The notes under the pieces: generated by a model
Seen by the model: the letters and a program-made list of their open reading frames with translations, nothing else
The model's database searches: none
What the model was told of the DNA's origin: nothing
Shown here: positions 1-11,297 of the stretch, one piece after another
How positions within the stretch are numbered: position 1 is the stretch's first letter
How the letters are laid out: each line of letters begins with the position of its first letter
Program-made: the position numbers and the translations under genes
NCBI GenBank assembly: GCA_026989015.1
Contig: JALSKD010000179.1
Span: 42,662 to 106,661, forward strand
From: Gammaproteobacteria bacterium
GTDB lineage: Bacteria > Pseudomonadota > Gammaproteobacteria > GCA-001735895
DNA: 64,000 nt
Reading direction: 5' to 3'

Positions 1-362
1 GCGGCAACCCCTTTTGCAGCTTCGTCGCCCGCCGTGTGGTGGAGGTCATGCGCGACGGGCGGCTGGAGCAACGCGCGGCAGCACTCGGCGAACGCCTGGC
101 GGCCGGCCTGCGCAGCGCCTTCGACGGCAAGGAAGGCATACGGGAAATCCGCCAGCGCGGCCTGTTGATCGGCATCGAGTTCGACCGCCCCTGTGGCGAA
201 CTGGCGCAGCGTGCATTGCAGCAACACCGCCTGCTGGTGAATGTGACCGCCGAGCGCGTGCTGCGGCTGCTGCCGCCGCTGACGCTCAACGACGACGAAC
301 TGGACGAGCTGCTGCGCCGTCTCGTCGCCTGCATCAACAGCTTCATGGAACAGACGACATGA
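1..362 (+). CDS. argD: Acetylornithine aminotransferase, C-terminal part (truncated by window start)
   Basis: Frame reads GNPFCS...[12 protein letters not shown]...VLRLLPPL, a class III aminotransferase C-terminus; stop overlaps the argF start (ATGA). Confidence 0.85.
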   Translation, partial: GNPFCSFVARRVVEVMRDGRLEQRAAALGERLAAGLRSAFDGKEGIREIRQRGLLIGIEFDRPCGELAQRALQQHRLLVNVTAERVLRLLPPLTLNDDELDELLRRLVACINSFMEQTT

Positions 363-1282
363 ACCCCCGACATTTTCTCAGCCTGCTGGACCTCGACGCC
401 GACGAGTTCCGGCAACTGATCGATCACGCCATCGCGGTGAAACAGACGCTCAAGTCCGGCTGCCTGCACCAGCCCCTGCAGGGCCGGGTGATGGCGATGA
501 TCTTCGAGAAATCCTCCACTCGCACCCGCGTCTCCTTCGAGGCGGGCATGGCGCAGATGGGCGGCCACGCAATGTTCCTGTCGCCCCGCGACAGCCAGCT
601 CGGCCGCGGCGAGCCGATCGAGGATACCGCCCGCGTCATTTCCAGCATGGTGGATGTGGTGATGATCCGCACCTTCGGCCACGACCGCATCGAGACCTTC
701 GCCGCCCACTCCAGCGTCCCGGTAATCAACGGCCTGACCGACCTGCTGCACCCCTGCCAGTTGCTGGCCGACATGCAGACCTGGTTCGAATTGCGCGGCG
801 ACATCCGTGGCCGCCGCGTGGCCTGGATCGGCGACGGCAACAACATGTGCCATTCCTGGATCAACGCGGCGCGGTTGCTCGATTTCGAACTGTTCATCGG
901 CTGCCCCGCCGGTTATGAGCCGGACGCGGCGATCCTCTCCGCCGCCGGCGAGCGCGCGCGGGTGGTTCACGATCCGCGCGAGGCGGTGCGCGGTGCCGAC
1001 CTGGTAGTCACCGATGTGTGGGCCAGCATGGGCCAGGAAGAGGAGCAGAAACTTCGGGAGCAGGCGTTTGCCGACTACCAGGTGGACGAGGCATTGATGG
1101 CGCTGGCGGACGATGACGCCCTTTTCATGCACTGCCTGCCGGCCCACCGCGGCGAGGAAGTCAGCGCCGGTGTCATCGACGGGCCGCAGAGCGTGGTCTG
1201 GCAGGAAGCGGAAAACCGCCTGCACGCGCAGAAGGCGCTGGTGGAGTTTCTGGTCAACGGAGGGCTGACTCCACCGGCCTGA
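359..1282 (+). CDS. argF: Ornithine carbamoyltransferase
   Basis: [17 protein letters not shown] and FMHCLP motifs; ATG at 359 (MNPRHFLSL). Confidence 0.96.
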   Translation: MNPRHFLSLLDLDADEFRQLIDHAIAVKQTLKSGCLHQPLQGRVMAMIFEKSSTRTRVSFEAGMAQMGGHAMFLSPRDSQLGRGEPIEDTARVISSMVDVVMIRTFGHDRIETFAAHSSVPVINGLTDLLHPCQLLADMQTWFELRGDIRGRRVAWIGDGNNMCHSWINAARLLDFELFIGCPAGYEPDAAILSAAGERARVVHDPREAVRGADLVVTDVWASMGQEEEQKLREQAFADYQVDEALMALADDDALFMHCLPAHRGEEVSAGVIDGPQSVVWQEAENRLHAQKALVEFLVNGGLTPPA

Positions 1283-1291
1283 GGCAGCGCT

Positions 1292-2482
1292 TCAGCTGGC
1301 GATCTCGATCCGGTTGCGGCCGTTGCGCTTGGCCTGCAGCAGGGCTCCCTCGGCACGCTGCAGCAGGTCCCGGGACGACAGCTCGTCAGTGATCGGGGTG
1401 CAACAGATGCCGATCGACAGGGTCAGCCGGTCGAAGGCGCGGCCTCCCTTGTGTTCGATATTCAGCTCGTCGAGCTGATCCTGGATCTTCTGCATCATCA
1501 TCCGCGCGCCCTCGCAGGAAATGCCCGGCAGCAGCAGGCCGAATTCCGCGCCGTGCAGCCGGGCCACGATCTCGTCGCCGTTGACCACCTCACCCATCAG
1601 CAGATGCGCCACCTGGGTCAGGGTGCGGTTGCCGATGTCCTGCCCATAGGCAACATTGTATTCGTAGAAATGGTCGATATTGACCATCACGATCGACAGC
1701 GGCAGATGATTGGAGGCATGCTTGCGGCGAAATTCCTCCAGCCGTACCCGGAACGCACGGAAGTTGGAGGCCCCGGTCAGTTCATCGGTGGTGGAAATCT
1801 TGTCCAGCTCCTTGTTCGACTTGGCCACCGCATTGAGCAGGCGCTGCAGGTCGTTGACCAGCAATTCGTTGTCGAAACGGTAGGTCAACGAATCGGCGAT
1901 CATGCGGTTCATGCACCTGACCCCGCTGTAATAGGCCCAGAACATGAACAGGTACATCGCGCCCAACACAAGACTGTCGGGCGTTGCCCGCCAGAACTGA
2001 TAGAGTGTCACCGGCAGGATCATCAGTACCAGATAGCTGGTGTAGACCCACATTGAGGTCGAGAGGTAGGCGATGGCCCCGGCACCCAGGCCCAGCAGGA
2101 AGATATGGTAGATGTACTGCAGGTTCTGACTGATCCAGGGCATCGCCAGCACCGCCCCAAGGCCCTGCCACAACGCCACCACCGCCATGCCGACAAAGAA
2201 GCGGCGCTGCCACAGATGATGATTCAGGTAATCGTCGTTGCGCACGCGGTCGTAGAGCAGTTTCAGGCGCAGGCGCGCCAGTTCCAGCAGCAGCAGACCG
2301 CCAAACCAAATCCAGGGCCACAGCTCTCGGCCCTGCAGATCCAGCTCGATGTAGGCCAGCAGCGCGGCGATGCCCCCGACGATGAGGGTGTAGACCATGC
2401 CCAGCGGAAAGCGGTCATAGAGAAAATTGACCAGCTCATGCTGCTGCAGGTGGTAGGTGCTGATGGCGAGCTTCTTGTCCAT
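1292..2482 (-). CDS. Multi-pass membrane protein with degenerate GGDEF domain
   Basis: About 6 TM segments, coiled linker, TDELTG...ARLHGAEF...LTLSIG...AKRNGRN; start chosen at MDKKLAIS (alternative 2536). Confidence 0.85.
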   Translation of the reverse strand: MDKKLAISTYHLQQHELVNFLYDRFPLGMVYTLIVGGIAALLAYIELDLQGRELWPWIWFGGLLLLELARLRLKLLYDRVRNDDYLNHHLWQRRFFVGMAVVALWQGLGAVLAMPWISQNLQYIYHIFLLGLGAGAIAYLSTSMWVYTSYLVLMILPVTLYQFWRATPDSLVLGAMYLFMFWAYYSGVRCMNRMIADSLTYRFDNELLVNDLQRLLNAVAKSNKELDKISTTDELTGASNFRAFRVRLEEFRRKHASNHLPLSIVMVNIDHFYEYNVAYGQDIGNRTLTQVAHLLMGEVVNGDEIVARLHGAEFGLLLPGISCEGARMMMQKIQDQLDELNIEHKGGRAFDRLTLSIGICCTPITDELSSRDLLQRAEGALLQAKRNGRNRIEIAS

Positions 2483-2612
2483 GTACGGGTAGATGCGTTT
2501 TCTTCCCCTGACGGCCGTGCCTGCATTGTAATCCATTCACCCGGTGCCCGCCGCACAAATCTGGAGCATCACCCGCCATGCGCCCCCACGGCAGTTCCTT
2601 TATACTTCGGCC

Positions 2613-3908
2613 ATGTCCCAGGCTGAACACATCCGCTGGTTTCGCGGCGCCGCGCCCTATATCAATGCGTTTCGCGGCAAGACCTTCGTCATCGTCATCA
2701 GCGGCGAAATGCTGCGCTCGAAGCTGTTCGAGCACCTGATCCACGACATCGCCCTGTGCCATCACCTCGGCATCCGCCTGCTGCTGGTACACGGCAGCCG
2801 CGAGCAGATCGACGACCGCCTGCGCGAGGCCGGCATCGAGAGCCGTTTCCACCGCAACATGCGCATCAGCGAGAAGTCGGCAATGCCGGTGATCCTGCAG
2901 GCCATCCACGACGCGCGCAGCAGCATCGAGGCGCGGCTGTCGATGGGCCTGCCCAATACCCCGATGTCCGGCAGCGACATTTCCGTGATCAGCGGCAATT
3001 TCGTTACCGGCATGCCGCTCGGCGTGATCGACGGCATCGACATGCAGTACAGCGGGAAGCCGCGTTCCATCGATTGCGAGGCCCTGCGCGAACTGCTGCC
3101 TCGGCACATCCCACTGCTCTCGCCATTGGGCTATTCGCGCAGCGGTGAGCTGTTCAACCTGCCTTCCGAGGAGCTGGCGGCGGAGGTCGCCATTCAACTC
3201 GGTGCCGAGAAACTGATATTCTTCAGCCGCGACTACATCCGCCGTGACCGCAGCGACCAGTTCTCCACCGCCGAATGCCTGCAACTGATCGCCTCCGGCG
3301 AAGCCAGCGACAGCCTGCAAGCCCTGCTCGGCCATGCGGTGCATGCGGTGCAGCAGGGCGTCGAGCGGGTGCATATCATCGACTCCACGCTGGACGGCGC
3401 GCTGCTGCAGGAGCTGTTCACCCGCGAAGGCGCGGGAATGATGGTCACCAACCGTTTCTACGAGGGGCTGCGCCAGGCCAGCATCGACGACATCGGCGGC
3501 ATACTGGAGCTGATCCAGCCGCTGGAGCGCGCCGGCGCGCTGATTCCCCGCTCGCGCGAACAACTGGAGCTGGACATCGACCATTTCCTGGTCATCGAGA
3601 AGGACGGCATGATCGTCGGCTGCATCGCCTGCATCCCGGATGCGGAAGCACGCATCGGCGAGATTGCCTGCCTGGCGGTTCATCCGGAATTCCGCAACGC
3701 CGGTTTCGGCGAACAGCTGCTGGCCGCCGCCGAGGAACAGGCGCGCAAGGCAGGGCTGGAGCGGCTCTACATCCTCACCACGCGCACCTCCCACTGGTTC
3801 CTCGAACACGGCTACCAGCCGGCCAGCCTGGAAATGCTGCCCCAGGGCCGTCAGCGCCGCTACAACGAGGCGCGCAAATCCATCATCATGAGCAAAACCC
3901 TGGACTGA
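2613..3908 (+). CDS. argA: Amino-acid N-acetyltransferase (N-acetylglutamate synthase)
   Basis: WFRGAAPYINAFRGKTFV, LLQELFTREGAG, C-terminal GNAT (EIACLAVHPEFR, TTRTSHWF). Confidence 0.95.
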   Translation: MSQAEHIRWFRGAAPYINAFRGKTFVIVISGEMLRSKLFEHLIHDIALCHHLGIRLLLVHGSREQIDDRLREAGIESRFHRNMRISEKSAMPVILQAIHDARSSIEARLSMGLPNTPMSGSDISVISGNFVTGMPLGVIDGIDMQYSGKPRSIDCEALRELLPRHIPLLSPLGYSRSGELFNLPSEELAAEVAIQLGAEKLIFFSRDYIRRDRSDQFSTAECLQLIASGEASDSLQALLGHAVHAVQQGVERVHIIDSTLDGALLQELFTREGAGMMVTNRFYEGLRQASIDDIGGILELIQPLERAGALIPRSREQLELDIDHFLVIEKDGMIVGCIACIPDAEARIGEIACLAVHPEFRNAGFGEQLLAAAEEQARKAGLERLYILTTRTSHWFLEHGYQPASLEMLPQGRQRRYNEARKSIIMSKTLD

Positions 3909-3909
3909 C

Positions 3910-4821
3910 ATGGCCTACGATCTGAGCAACTACCTGGTCATCGGCATCTCCTCGCGCGCGCTGTTCGACCTGACCCGGGAAAACGAGATCTACGAACAGC
4001 AGGGACTGGAAGCCTATTGCCAGTACCAGCTGGAGCACGAGAACGACATCCTCAAGCCCGGCGTCGGCTTCGCGCTGATCGAGGCCATGCTCAAGATCAA
4101 CGAAATCCGGGAAGGCCAGCGCCATGTGGAAGTGGTGATCGTTTCGCGCAACTCGGCCGACACCAGCCTGCGCATCTCCAATTCCATCGATCACTATGGG
4201 CTGGACATCTCTCGCGCCGCCTTCACCGGCGGGGAGCCGGTGGCCAAGTACCTCGGAGCCTTCGATGTGGACCTGTTCCTGTCGGCCACCGAAGAGGATG
4301 TACAGGCCGCGGTGGAATCCCAGGTGGCGGCCGGCCTCATTTATGAGGGTTCCGCCGAAAACCTGGGCAAGCCGCTGGAGCAGATTCGCATTGCCTTCGA
4401 TGGCGATGCGGTGCTGTTTTCCGAGGAGTCGGAACGCATCTATCAGGAACAGGGCCTGCAGGCCTTCATCGAGCACGAGAAGAAGAACGCCCAGAACCCG
4501 CTGCCGGAAGGTCCCTTCGCCAAGCTGCTGAAGACACTCTCCTACCTGCAGTTCCAGCTGGACAACGCAGTGGACGGTCCGCCGCCCATCCGTACCGCGC
4601 TGGTCACCGCCCGCAACAGCCCGGCCCACGAGCGGGTAATCCGTACGCTGCGCGCCTGGGATGTGCGCATCGACGAGACCTTTTTCCTCGGCGGCGTGCC
4701 CAAGGACCGGGTACTGGCTTCCTTCAAGCCGCACATCTTCTTCGACGACCAGCACCGCCATTGCGGCCCGGCTTCCAGGCTGGTGCCCACCGCGCGGGTG
4801 CCTTCGACGGTCGGCGAGTGA
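3910..4821 (+). CDS. 5'-nucleotidase (PF06189-type)
   Basis: LVIGISSRALFDL, IRIAFDGDAVLFS, LVTARNSPAHERV, HIFFDDQ. Confidence 0.9.
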   Translation: MAYDLSNYLVIGISSRALFDLTRENEIYEQQGLEAYCQYQLEHENDILKPGVGFALIEAMLKINEIREGQRHVEVVIVSRNSADTSLRISNSIDHYGLDISRAAFTGGEPVAKYLGAFDVDLFLSATEEDVQAAVESQVAAGLIYEGSAENLGKPLEQIRIAFDGDAVLFSEESERIYQEQGLQAFIEHEKKNAQNPLPEGPFAKLLKTLSYLQFQLDNAVDGPPPIRTALVTARNSPAHERVIRTLRAWDVRIDETFFLGGVPKDRVLASFKPHIFFDDQHRHCGPASRLVPTARVPSTVGE

Positions 4822-4908
4822 GCGTCCGCCACTGAATCATTCGGTAACGCCGATGTCCCAACCCTTGTCCGCAGTCCCGACCGTTCTCACACACCAAGGA
4901 AAATACCG

Positions 4909-5358
4909 ATGAAGACAAAAAGCCTGTTGATACTCGCCTGCGCGCTGTTCTCTGCGCCGCTGATGGCCGCCGAGGGGCTGATGCGCGTCGCCAGCCCCTA
5001 CAGCGTGGATGACACCGCCAACCGCCTGGAACAGGTGCTGAAGGCCAAGGGGATGACCGTATTCACGCGCGTGCGCCATTCCGATGCCGCCGCCGCGGTC
5101 GGTGTGGCGCTCAGGCCGACCCAGCTCATCATCTTCGGCAACCCCAAGGTGGGCAGCCCGCTGATGGCCTGCGCGCCCACCGTCGCCATCGACCTGCCGC
5201 AGAAAGCGCTGATCTGGAAGGATGCCGACGGCAAGGTCTGGATCGGCTACAACGACCCGCAGTGGCTCAAGCAGCGGCATGCCATCGAAGGTTGCGACCC
5301 GGTGCTGAAGAAAATCGGTGGCGCCCTGTCGAAGCTGACCGCCGCGGCAGTCAAGTAG
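4909..5358 (+). CDS. DUF302 family exported protein
   Basis: Signal peptide; SPYSVDDT, IFGNPKVGSPLM, IDLPQKAL. Confidence 0.88.
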   Translation: MKTKSLLILACALFSAPLMAAEGLMRVASPYSVDDTANRLEQVLKAKGMTVFTRVRHSDAAAAVGVALRPTQLIIFGNPKVGSPLMACAPTVAIDLPQKALIWKDADGKVWIGYNDPQWLKQRHAIEGCDPVLKKIGGALSKLTAAAVK

Positions 5359-5384
5359 GCCGAACGCAATCCGCCCAGGCCCGC

Positions 5385-5421
5385 AACGCAACAGGCCCGG
5401 CATGACCGGGCCTGTTGCGTT
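5385..5421. terminator. Hairpin, probable bidirectional terminator between convergent DUF302 and dksA
   Basis: Perfect 16-bp inverted repeat AACGCAACAGGCCCGG / CCGGGCCTGTTGCGTT with 5-nt loop. Confidence 0.75.
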
Positions 5422-5439
5422 CCTGTATCAGCAGCGGCA

Positions 5440-5856
5440 TCACTCGTCGCGGTGTTGCCGTTCCAGTCGCTCGTGTTTTTCCTGGGCTTCGATGGTCAGG
5501 GTGGCGATCGGCCGCGCCTCCAGGCGGGCCAGACCGATTTCCTCGCCGGTTTCCTCGCAATAGCCATAGGTGCCATCGGCAATGCGCGCCAGCGCGGCAT
5601 CGATCTTGTTGATCAGCTTGCGGTAGCGGTCGCGGGTGCGCAATTCGAGCGCGGCATCGGTCTCCAGGGTGGCGCGGTCGTTGATGTCCGGCTCCTGCCA
5701 GTTCTCTTCCTTGAGGTGATTGATGGTGTTTTCGGATTCCTGAAGCAGTTCGCTGCGCCAGTCGAGCAGCTTGCGGCGGAAATACTCGAGCTGCTGCGGC
5801 GACATGTATTCTTCATCGGGAGAAGGCGTGTAGCCCTCCGGCAATTCGATAGTCAT
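5440..5856 (-). CDS. dksA: RNA polymerase-binding transcription factor DksA (one-Cys type)
   Basis: EEYMSPQQLEYFRRKL, DINDRA coiled-coil tip, RDRYRKLINKIDAAL, YGYCEETGEEIG..RLEARP; AGGAGG RBS before ATG 5856. Confidence 0.93.
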   Translation of the reverse strand: MTIELPEGYTPSPDEEYMSPQQLEYFRRKLLDWRSELLQESENTINHLKEENWQEPDINDRATLETDAALELRTRDRYRKLINKIDAALARIADGTYGYCEETGEEIGLARLEARPIATLTIEAQEKHERLERQHRDE

Positions 5857-5972
5857 CCAGAGTCCTCCTGTGGGCTCTCGGGTTGGCGATTCGCCCGGGC
5901 GAACGGCCTGCCGGACGGAAAAACGGCAGGCAGTATAGGCAGGTTTGCCGGAGGCGGCAAGCCGCCCCGATC

Positions 5973-6842
5973 TCAGCCCAGCAGTTTCTTCATCGCCTCG
6001 CCGATGCGCGACGGGGAGTTGACGGTGGTCACGCCGGCCGCCTGCAGGGCGGTGAATTTTTCCTTCGCGGTGCCCTTGCCGCCGGCGATGATGGCGCCGG
6101 CGTGGCCCATGCGCTTGCCCGGGGGCGCGGTGACACCGGCGATGTAGGAAACCACCGGCTTGCTGAAATGGTCGCGGATCCACTCCGCGGCCTGCTCCTC
6201 GGCACTGCCACCGATCTCGCCGACCATGACCACGCCCTCGGTCTGCGGATCCTGCTCGAACAGTTCCAGGCAGTCGATGAAGCTCATGCCATGGATCGGG
6301 TCGCCGCCGATGCCAATGCAGGTGCTCTGGCCCAGGCCGTTGCGGGTGGTCTGGTGTACCGCTTCGTAGGTGAGGGTGCCGGAGCGAGAGATGATGCCGA
6401 CCCGCCCTTTCTTGTGGATGGCGCCGGGCATGATGCCGATCTTGCATTCGCCAGAGGTGATGATGCCCGGGCAGTTGGGGCCGATCAGGTAGCTGTCGCT
6501 GCCCTCGAGCGCCGCGCGCACCTTGAGCATGTCCTGTACCGGGATGTGCTCGGTGATGCAGACGATGACCCGAATGCCGGCGTCCGCGGCCTCGAGGATG
6601 GCATCGGCGCAGAAGGGTGCCGGCACATAGATCATCGTTGCCTCGGCACCGGTTTCCTTCACCGCATCGGCCACGGTATCGAACACCGGCAGGCCGAGGT
6701 GGGTCTGCCCGCCCTTGCCGGGGGTGACGCCGCCGACCATCCGGGTGCCGTAGGCGATGGCCTGCTCGGAGTGGAAGCTTCCCTGCTTGCCGGTGAAGCC
6801 CTGGCAGATGACCCGTGTGTTGCGATCGACCAGTATGCTCAT
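5973..6842 (-). CDS. sucD: Succinyl-CoA ligase alpha subunit
   Basis: [24 protein letters not shown] phospho-His motif. Confidence 0.97.
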   Translation of the reverse strand: MSILVDRNTRVICQGFTGKQGSFHSEQAIAYGTRMVGGVTPGKGGQTHLGLPVFDTVADAVKETGAEATMIYVPAPFCADAILEAADAGIRVIVCITEHIPVQDMLKVRAALEGSDSYLIGPNCPGIITSGECKIGIMPGAIHKKGRVGIISRSGTLTYEAVHQTTRNGLGQSTCIGIGGDPIHGMSFIDCLELFEQDPQTEGVVMVGEIGGSAEEQAAEWIRDHFSKPVVSYIAGVTAPPGKRMGHAGAIIAGGKGTAKEKFTALQAAGVTTVNSPSRIGEAMKKLLG

Positions 6843-8008
6843 GACGCACCTCCGATGGCGGCCACCGCCTTGCGGGCGCCGTCCTCCAGATCGTCGGCGG
6901 GGATGATGTCCACATCGCTGTCGGCGAGCAGTTGCTTGCCCTGCTCCACATTGGTGCCTTCGAGGCGTACCACCACCGGCACTCCGACCTCCACTTCACG
7001 CACGGCCTGGATGATGCCCTCGGCAATCAGGTCACAACGCACGATGCCGCCGAAGATATTGACCAGAATCGCCCGCACCTTGCCGTCGGAGAGGATCAGC
7101 TTGAAGGCTTCCGCCACCTTTTCGGCGGTGGCGCCGCCGCCCACATCGAGGAAATTGGCCGGCTCGCCGCCCTGCAACTTGATCTCGTCCATGGTCGCCA
7201 TCGCCAGTCCGGCGCCATTGACCAGGCAGCCGATGTTGCCGTCCAGCGCCACATAGTTGAGGCCGTGTTCGGCGGCGGCCAGCTCGCGCGGGTCTTCCTG
7301 GCTGGTATCGCGCATTTCGGCGATCTGCGGCTGGCGGTAGAGTGCGTTGTCGTCGATGCCGAACTTGGCGTCCAGCGCCATCAACCGGCCCTCGCTGGTG
7401 GTGATCAGCGGATTGATTTCGAGCAGGCTGCCATCGTGTTGGGTGAACAGCTCATACAGCCCCTGCATGATGCGCCCCAGCTGCTTGATCTGATCACCGG
7501 CCAACCCCAGCCCGAAGCCGAAACGCCGCACCTGCCAGGGCATCAGCCCGGTCACCGGGCTGACCGTGATGCGCAGGATCTTCTCCGGGCTGCGGGCGGC
7601 AACCTCCTCGATGTCCATGCCACCCTCGGCGGAAGCCATGAACACGATGCGGCGGCTGGCGCGGTCGATCAGCGCGCCCAGGTAGTATTCACGATCGATG
7701 TCGGACAGGGCCTCGATCAGCACGCGGCTGATTGGCAGGCCCTCCGGCCCGGTCTGGTGGGTGACCAGCTTCCGGCCGAGAAAGTCCTCGACGGTCTCGC
7801 GCAACTGCTGCTCGCCCTCGACGATCTTCACGCCTCCGGCCTTGCCGCGGCCTCCGGCGTGGACCTGGGCCTTGACGATCCAGCGGTCGCCGCCCAGCCG
7901 GCGCGCGATCTCCACCGCCTGATCGGGATCGAAGGCGGCATCGCCCTCGGGAACGGGTATCTTGAACTGGCGGAACAGCGCCTTCGCCTGATGCTCGTGC
8001 AGATTCAT
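6839..8008 (-). CDS. sucC: Succinyl-CoA ligase beta subunit
   Basis: [45 protein letters not shown]. Confidence 0.97.
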   Translation of the reverse strand: MNLHEHQAKALFRQFKIPVPEGDAAFDPDQAVEIARRLGGDRWIVKAQVHAGGRGKAGGVKIVEGEQQLRETVEDFLGRKLVTHQTGPEGLPISRVLIEALSDIDREYYLGALIDRASRRIVFMASAEGGMDIEEVAARSPEKILRITVSPVTGLMPWQVRRFGFGLGLAGDQIKQLGRIMQGLYELFTQHDGSLLEINPLITTSEGRLMALDAKFGIDDNALYRQPQIAEMRDTSQEDPRELAAAEHGLNYVALDGNIGCLVNGAGLAMATMDEIKLQGGEPANFLDVGGGATAEKVAEAFKLILSDGKVRAILVNIFGGIVRCDLIAEGIIQAVREVEVGVPVVVRLEGTNVEQGKQLLADSDVDIIPADDLEDGARKAVAAIGGAS

Positions 8009-8096
8009 GGGGTCGGACCAGCCTTGTCGTTGTCACGGGAAGCACATAGACTAGCGAGCGAACCCTCCCCAGCCAATAACTTTTTATTCTGTCGAT

Positions 8097-8342
8097 ATGA
8101 TCTTCCGCATCCTGCTGCTGTTTCTGGTGATCTGGGGTCTGCTGTGGCTCGTCCGCAAGCAGTTCGCCGACAAACCGGGTCCCGAACGGACCGCCGAGGC
8201 GGACGCGGAAGACATGCTGGTCTGCGAAACCTGCGGCGTGCACACGCCCCGCTCGCTGACCGTGCAGGTGAACGGCAAGACCTACTGCTGCCATGAGCAT
8301 ATTCCGGCCCCGAAGTCCCATGACGGTGCCGATGACGGCTGA
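8097..8342 (+). CDS. PP0621-family small membrane-anchored Cys/His protein
   Basis: N-terminal TM, CETCGVHTP...YCCHEH; typical position upstream of pilS. Confidence 0.8.
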   Translation: MIFRILLLFLVIWGLLWLVRKQFADKPGPERTAEADAEDMLVCETCGVHTPRSLTVQVNGKTYCCHEHIPAPKSHDGADDG

Positions 8343-9954
8343 AGGCGGCATCAAGTTCGGCTTCAGGCCGCGCTCCAGCAACTGGACCTCGCTGCGCCTG
8401 CTCAACATCTCGCGGGTGGTGGTGGCGGCCATCCTGTTCAGCCAGAGCTTCCTGCCCGATTCGCCGTTGCTGCAGATCCGCGACATCCAGCTCTATGCCT
8501 GGACCAGCTTCGCCTACCTGCTGCTGGCGCTGGTGTTCACCGTGGCTTCGTGGATCGAACGCCGCAACTACCAGACCCAGGTTTCTCTGCAGATCTACAG
8601 CGACATTCTGGCCATCGTGCTGCTGATGCACGCCTGCGGCGGAGTATCCAGCGGACTGGGCATGCTGCTGCTCATCCCCATCGCCATCTCGGCGCTGCTC
8701 AGCCGTGAATCGCTGGCGCTGGTGTTTGCGGCGCTGGGCACGGTGGCGCTGCTCACCGAATACATCTACGCCATCAATTTCACCGATTACCGCGGCAACT
8801 CCACCCAGGTGGGCCTGCTCGGCATCATCCTGTTCATTACCGCCATCGTCACCCAGACGCTGACCCGGCGCATACGCCGCGGCGAGGAACAGATCCAGAA
8901 ACACAAGCTGGATGCGGCCAACCTGGCCGCGCTGAACGCCGAAATCCTGCAGAAGATGGATGCCGGCGTGCTGGCGCTGGACAGCGAGGACCGGGTGCGG
9001 CACATCAACGACACCGCGCGGCAACTGCTGCACCGCCGGCTCAGCCACGACCTGAACGCCCTGCAGCCCCCCTTCCCGCTGAGCGATGTCCTGCCCGCCC
9101 TGCAGAAGGCGCTGGAACGCTGGCGGGTCGATCCGAATACGCCCAAATGCCTGCTGCCGTCCACCACCGGCGGCATCGACCTGCAGGCCAGCTTCCACCC
9201 GCTCTCCTCCACCGCGCATCAGGGCACGCTGATCTTTCTGGAGGATGTCTCCAGCCTCAAGCAGCAGATGCAGCAGGCCAAGCTGATGTCTTTGGGCCAG
9301 CTCACCGCCAACATCGCCCACGAGATCCGCAACCCGCTCGGCGCCATATCCCACGCCGCGGAGCTGCTGGCCGAGAACCGCGATTTGCCGCCCACTGAGC
9401 TGCGGCTGAGCGAGATCATCCACCAGCACAGCCAGCGCATCAACCATATCATCGAAGACATCATGCAGATCTCGCGGGGGCAGATGGCCAGCCCCGAGAC
9501 CGTCGATCTGCGCCAATGGTTGCCGCAGTTCCTCGACAACCTGTGCATCGGAACCGATATTTGCCGCCAGCGCTTCCTCATCGAGTGGCCGGACGGCGAC
9601 ACGCGGCTGGATTTCGACCGTGGCCACCTGGAACGCATCCTCGCCAATCTGTGTCAGAACGCGCTCAACCACGGCGCGAACGAAGAAGGCGAACCCGAAC
9701 CGGTGACCCTGCGCGTGCGGCGCCCGGAACCGGGCCAGCTGTGCATCGATGTCATCGACCGTGGCCCCGGCCTTGCCGAGGGACAAGGCGACAAGATTTT
9801 CGAACCCTTTTACACCACCCGCCATCAGGGCAGCGGCCTCGGCCTGTACATCGTTGCCCAGCTGGCCGAACTCAACAACGCCCGCGTCAGCGCCGCCAAC
9901 AACGCGGACCGAGGCGCCCAGTTCACCCTGTGCACACACCAAACCCGCCCATGA
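8332..9954 (+). CDS. pilS: Sensor histidine kinase PilS
   Basis: About 6 TM segments, PAS-like region, IAHEIRNPL H-box, NLCQNA, DRGPG, GSGLGL; alternative starts 8293/8320. Confidence 0.9.
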   Translation: MTAEGGIKFGFRPRSSNWTSLRLLNISRVVVAAILFSQSFLPDSPLLQIRDIQLYAWTSFAYLLLALVFTVASWIERRNYQTQVSLQIYSDILAIVLLMHACGGVSSGLGMLLLIPIAISALLSRESLALVFAALGTVALLTEYIYAINFTDYRGNSTQVGLLGIILFITAIVTQTLTRRIRRGEEQIQKHKLDAANLAALNAEILQKMDAGVLALDSEDRVRHINDTARQLLHRRLSHDLNALQPPFPLSDVLPALQKALERWRVDPNTPKCLLPSTTGGIDLQASFHPLSSTAHQGTLIFLEDVSSLKQQMQQAKLMSLGQLTANIAHEIRNPLGAISHAAELLAENRDLPPTELRLSEIIHQHSQRINHIIEDIMQISRGQMASPETVDLRQWLPQFLDNLCIGTDICRQRFLIEWPDGDTRLDFDRGHLERILANLCQNALNHGANEEGEPEPVTLRVRRPEPGQLCIDVIDRGPGLAEGQGDKIFEPFYTTRHQGSGLGLYIVAQLAELNNARVSAANNADRGAQFTLCTHQTRP

Positions 9955-11297
9955 ACAAGCAATCCGTGCTCATCGTCGACGACGAACCCGACATCCTCGA
10001 ACTGCTGGAAATGACCCTGCTGCGCATGGGCCTGCAGGTGGCCTGCGCCACCGGCTACAGCGAGGCCACGCGGTGGATCCACGACGGCGATTTCGACTTC
10101 TGCCTCACCGACATGCGGCTGCCCGACGGCGACGGCATCGCCCTGGTCGAATACATCCAGCAGCACAAGCCGCAGATGCCGGTGGCGGTCATCACCGCCC
10201 ACGGCAACATGGAACTGGCGATCCAGGCGATGAAGGCCGGCGCCTATGATTTCGTCTCCAAGCCGGTGTCGCTGGAGAAACTGCGTGCCCTGGTCGAACA
10301 CGGCCTGCAGACCGGCGGCACCGCGCTGCCCGAGCAGACCGGAGAGATCCCCGCGCTCCGGGGCGAGGACCGCTACCGCATCATCGGCGACTCGCCGCAG
10401 ATCCGCGAACTGCGCCAATCGATCCGCAAGTTCGCGCGCAGCCAGGCTCCGGTATTCATCGAGGGTCCGTCCGGCACCGGCAAGGAACTGGTGGCGCGCC
10501 AGATCCACGCCCAGAGCGACCGCGCCAAGGCCCCCTTCGTCGCCGTCAACTGCGGCGCCATCCCCTCCGAACTGATGGAAAGCGAGCTGTTCGGCCATGT
10601 GAAGGGCAGCTTCACCGGCGCCGTCAGCGACAATCCGGGCCTGTTCCGCAGCGCCGAGGGCGGCACCCTGTTCCTCGACGAAATCGCCGACCTGCCGCTG
10701 CCGATGCAGGTCAAGCTGCTGCGGGTGCTGCAGGAGAAGAGCATCCGCCCGGTCGGCGCGCAACAGGAGATCGCCACCGATGTGCGCATCATCAGCGCCT
10801 CCCACAAGAACCTGGCCGAGCTGGTGGAAACGGGGCAGTTCCGCCAGGATCTCTACTACCGCATCAATGTCATCGGCATCCAGACCCCACCGCTGAGCGA
10901 GCGGCGCGGAGACATCCCGTTGCTCGCCGAACACATCCTTGGACGGCTGGGCCGCGAGCAACAGCGCCCGCTGAAACTGGACAAGGCCGCGCTGGCACGC
11001 CTCGAGGGCTACGCCTTTCCCGGCAATGTGCGGGAACTGGAAAACATCCTTGAGCGCGCCGCCGCGCTGGCCGATGGCGACCGCATCGGCGAGGCCGAGC
11101 TGCAGCTGCCCGAGCATGCCACTGTCGCCGGACAGCAACAGTCCCTGACCGAACGGACGCGCAAGCTGGAAGCCGAGGCTCTGCGCCGCGCACTGGAAGC
11201 CAATCGCTGGAACCAGTCCGCCGCAGCCCGTGAACTAGGCATCACCCTACGCCAGCTGCGTTACCGCTGCGAGAAGTTCGGCTTGACAAAAACCTGA
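9951..11297 (+). CDS. pilR: Sigma54-dependent response regulator PilR
   Basis: Receiver (VDDE, TDMRLPD), [21 protein letters not shown]-terminal HTH; directly upstream of pilA. Confidence 0.93.
   Translation: MNKQSVLIVDDEPDILELLEMTLLRMGLQVACATGYSEATRWIHDGDFDFCLTDMRLPDGDGIALVEYIQQHKPQMPVAVITAHGNMELAIQAMKAGAYDFVSKPVSLEKLRALVEHGLQTGGTALPEQTGEIPALRGEDRYRIIGDSPQIRELRQSIRKFARSQAPVFIEGPSGTGKELVARQIHAQSDRAKAPFVAVNCGAIPSELMESELFGHVKGSFTGAVSDNPGLFRSAEGGTLFLDEIADLPLPMQVKLLRVLQEKSIRPVGAQQEIATDVRIISASHKNLAELVETGQFRQDLYYRINVIGIQTPPLSERRGDIPLLAEHILGRLGREQQRPLKLDKAALARLEGYAFPGNVRELENILERAAALADGDRIGEAELQLPEHATVAGQQQSLTERTRKLEAEALRRALEANRWNQSAAARELGITLRQLRYRCEKFGLTKT

Noticed and set aside
5857-7026. Long N-terminal extension of DksA in the ORF track
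   Set aside because: It overlaps sucD/sucC out of frame; the RBS and homology support ATG 5856
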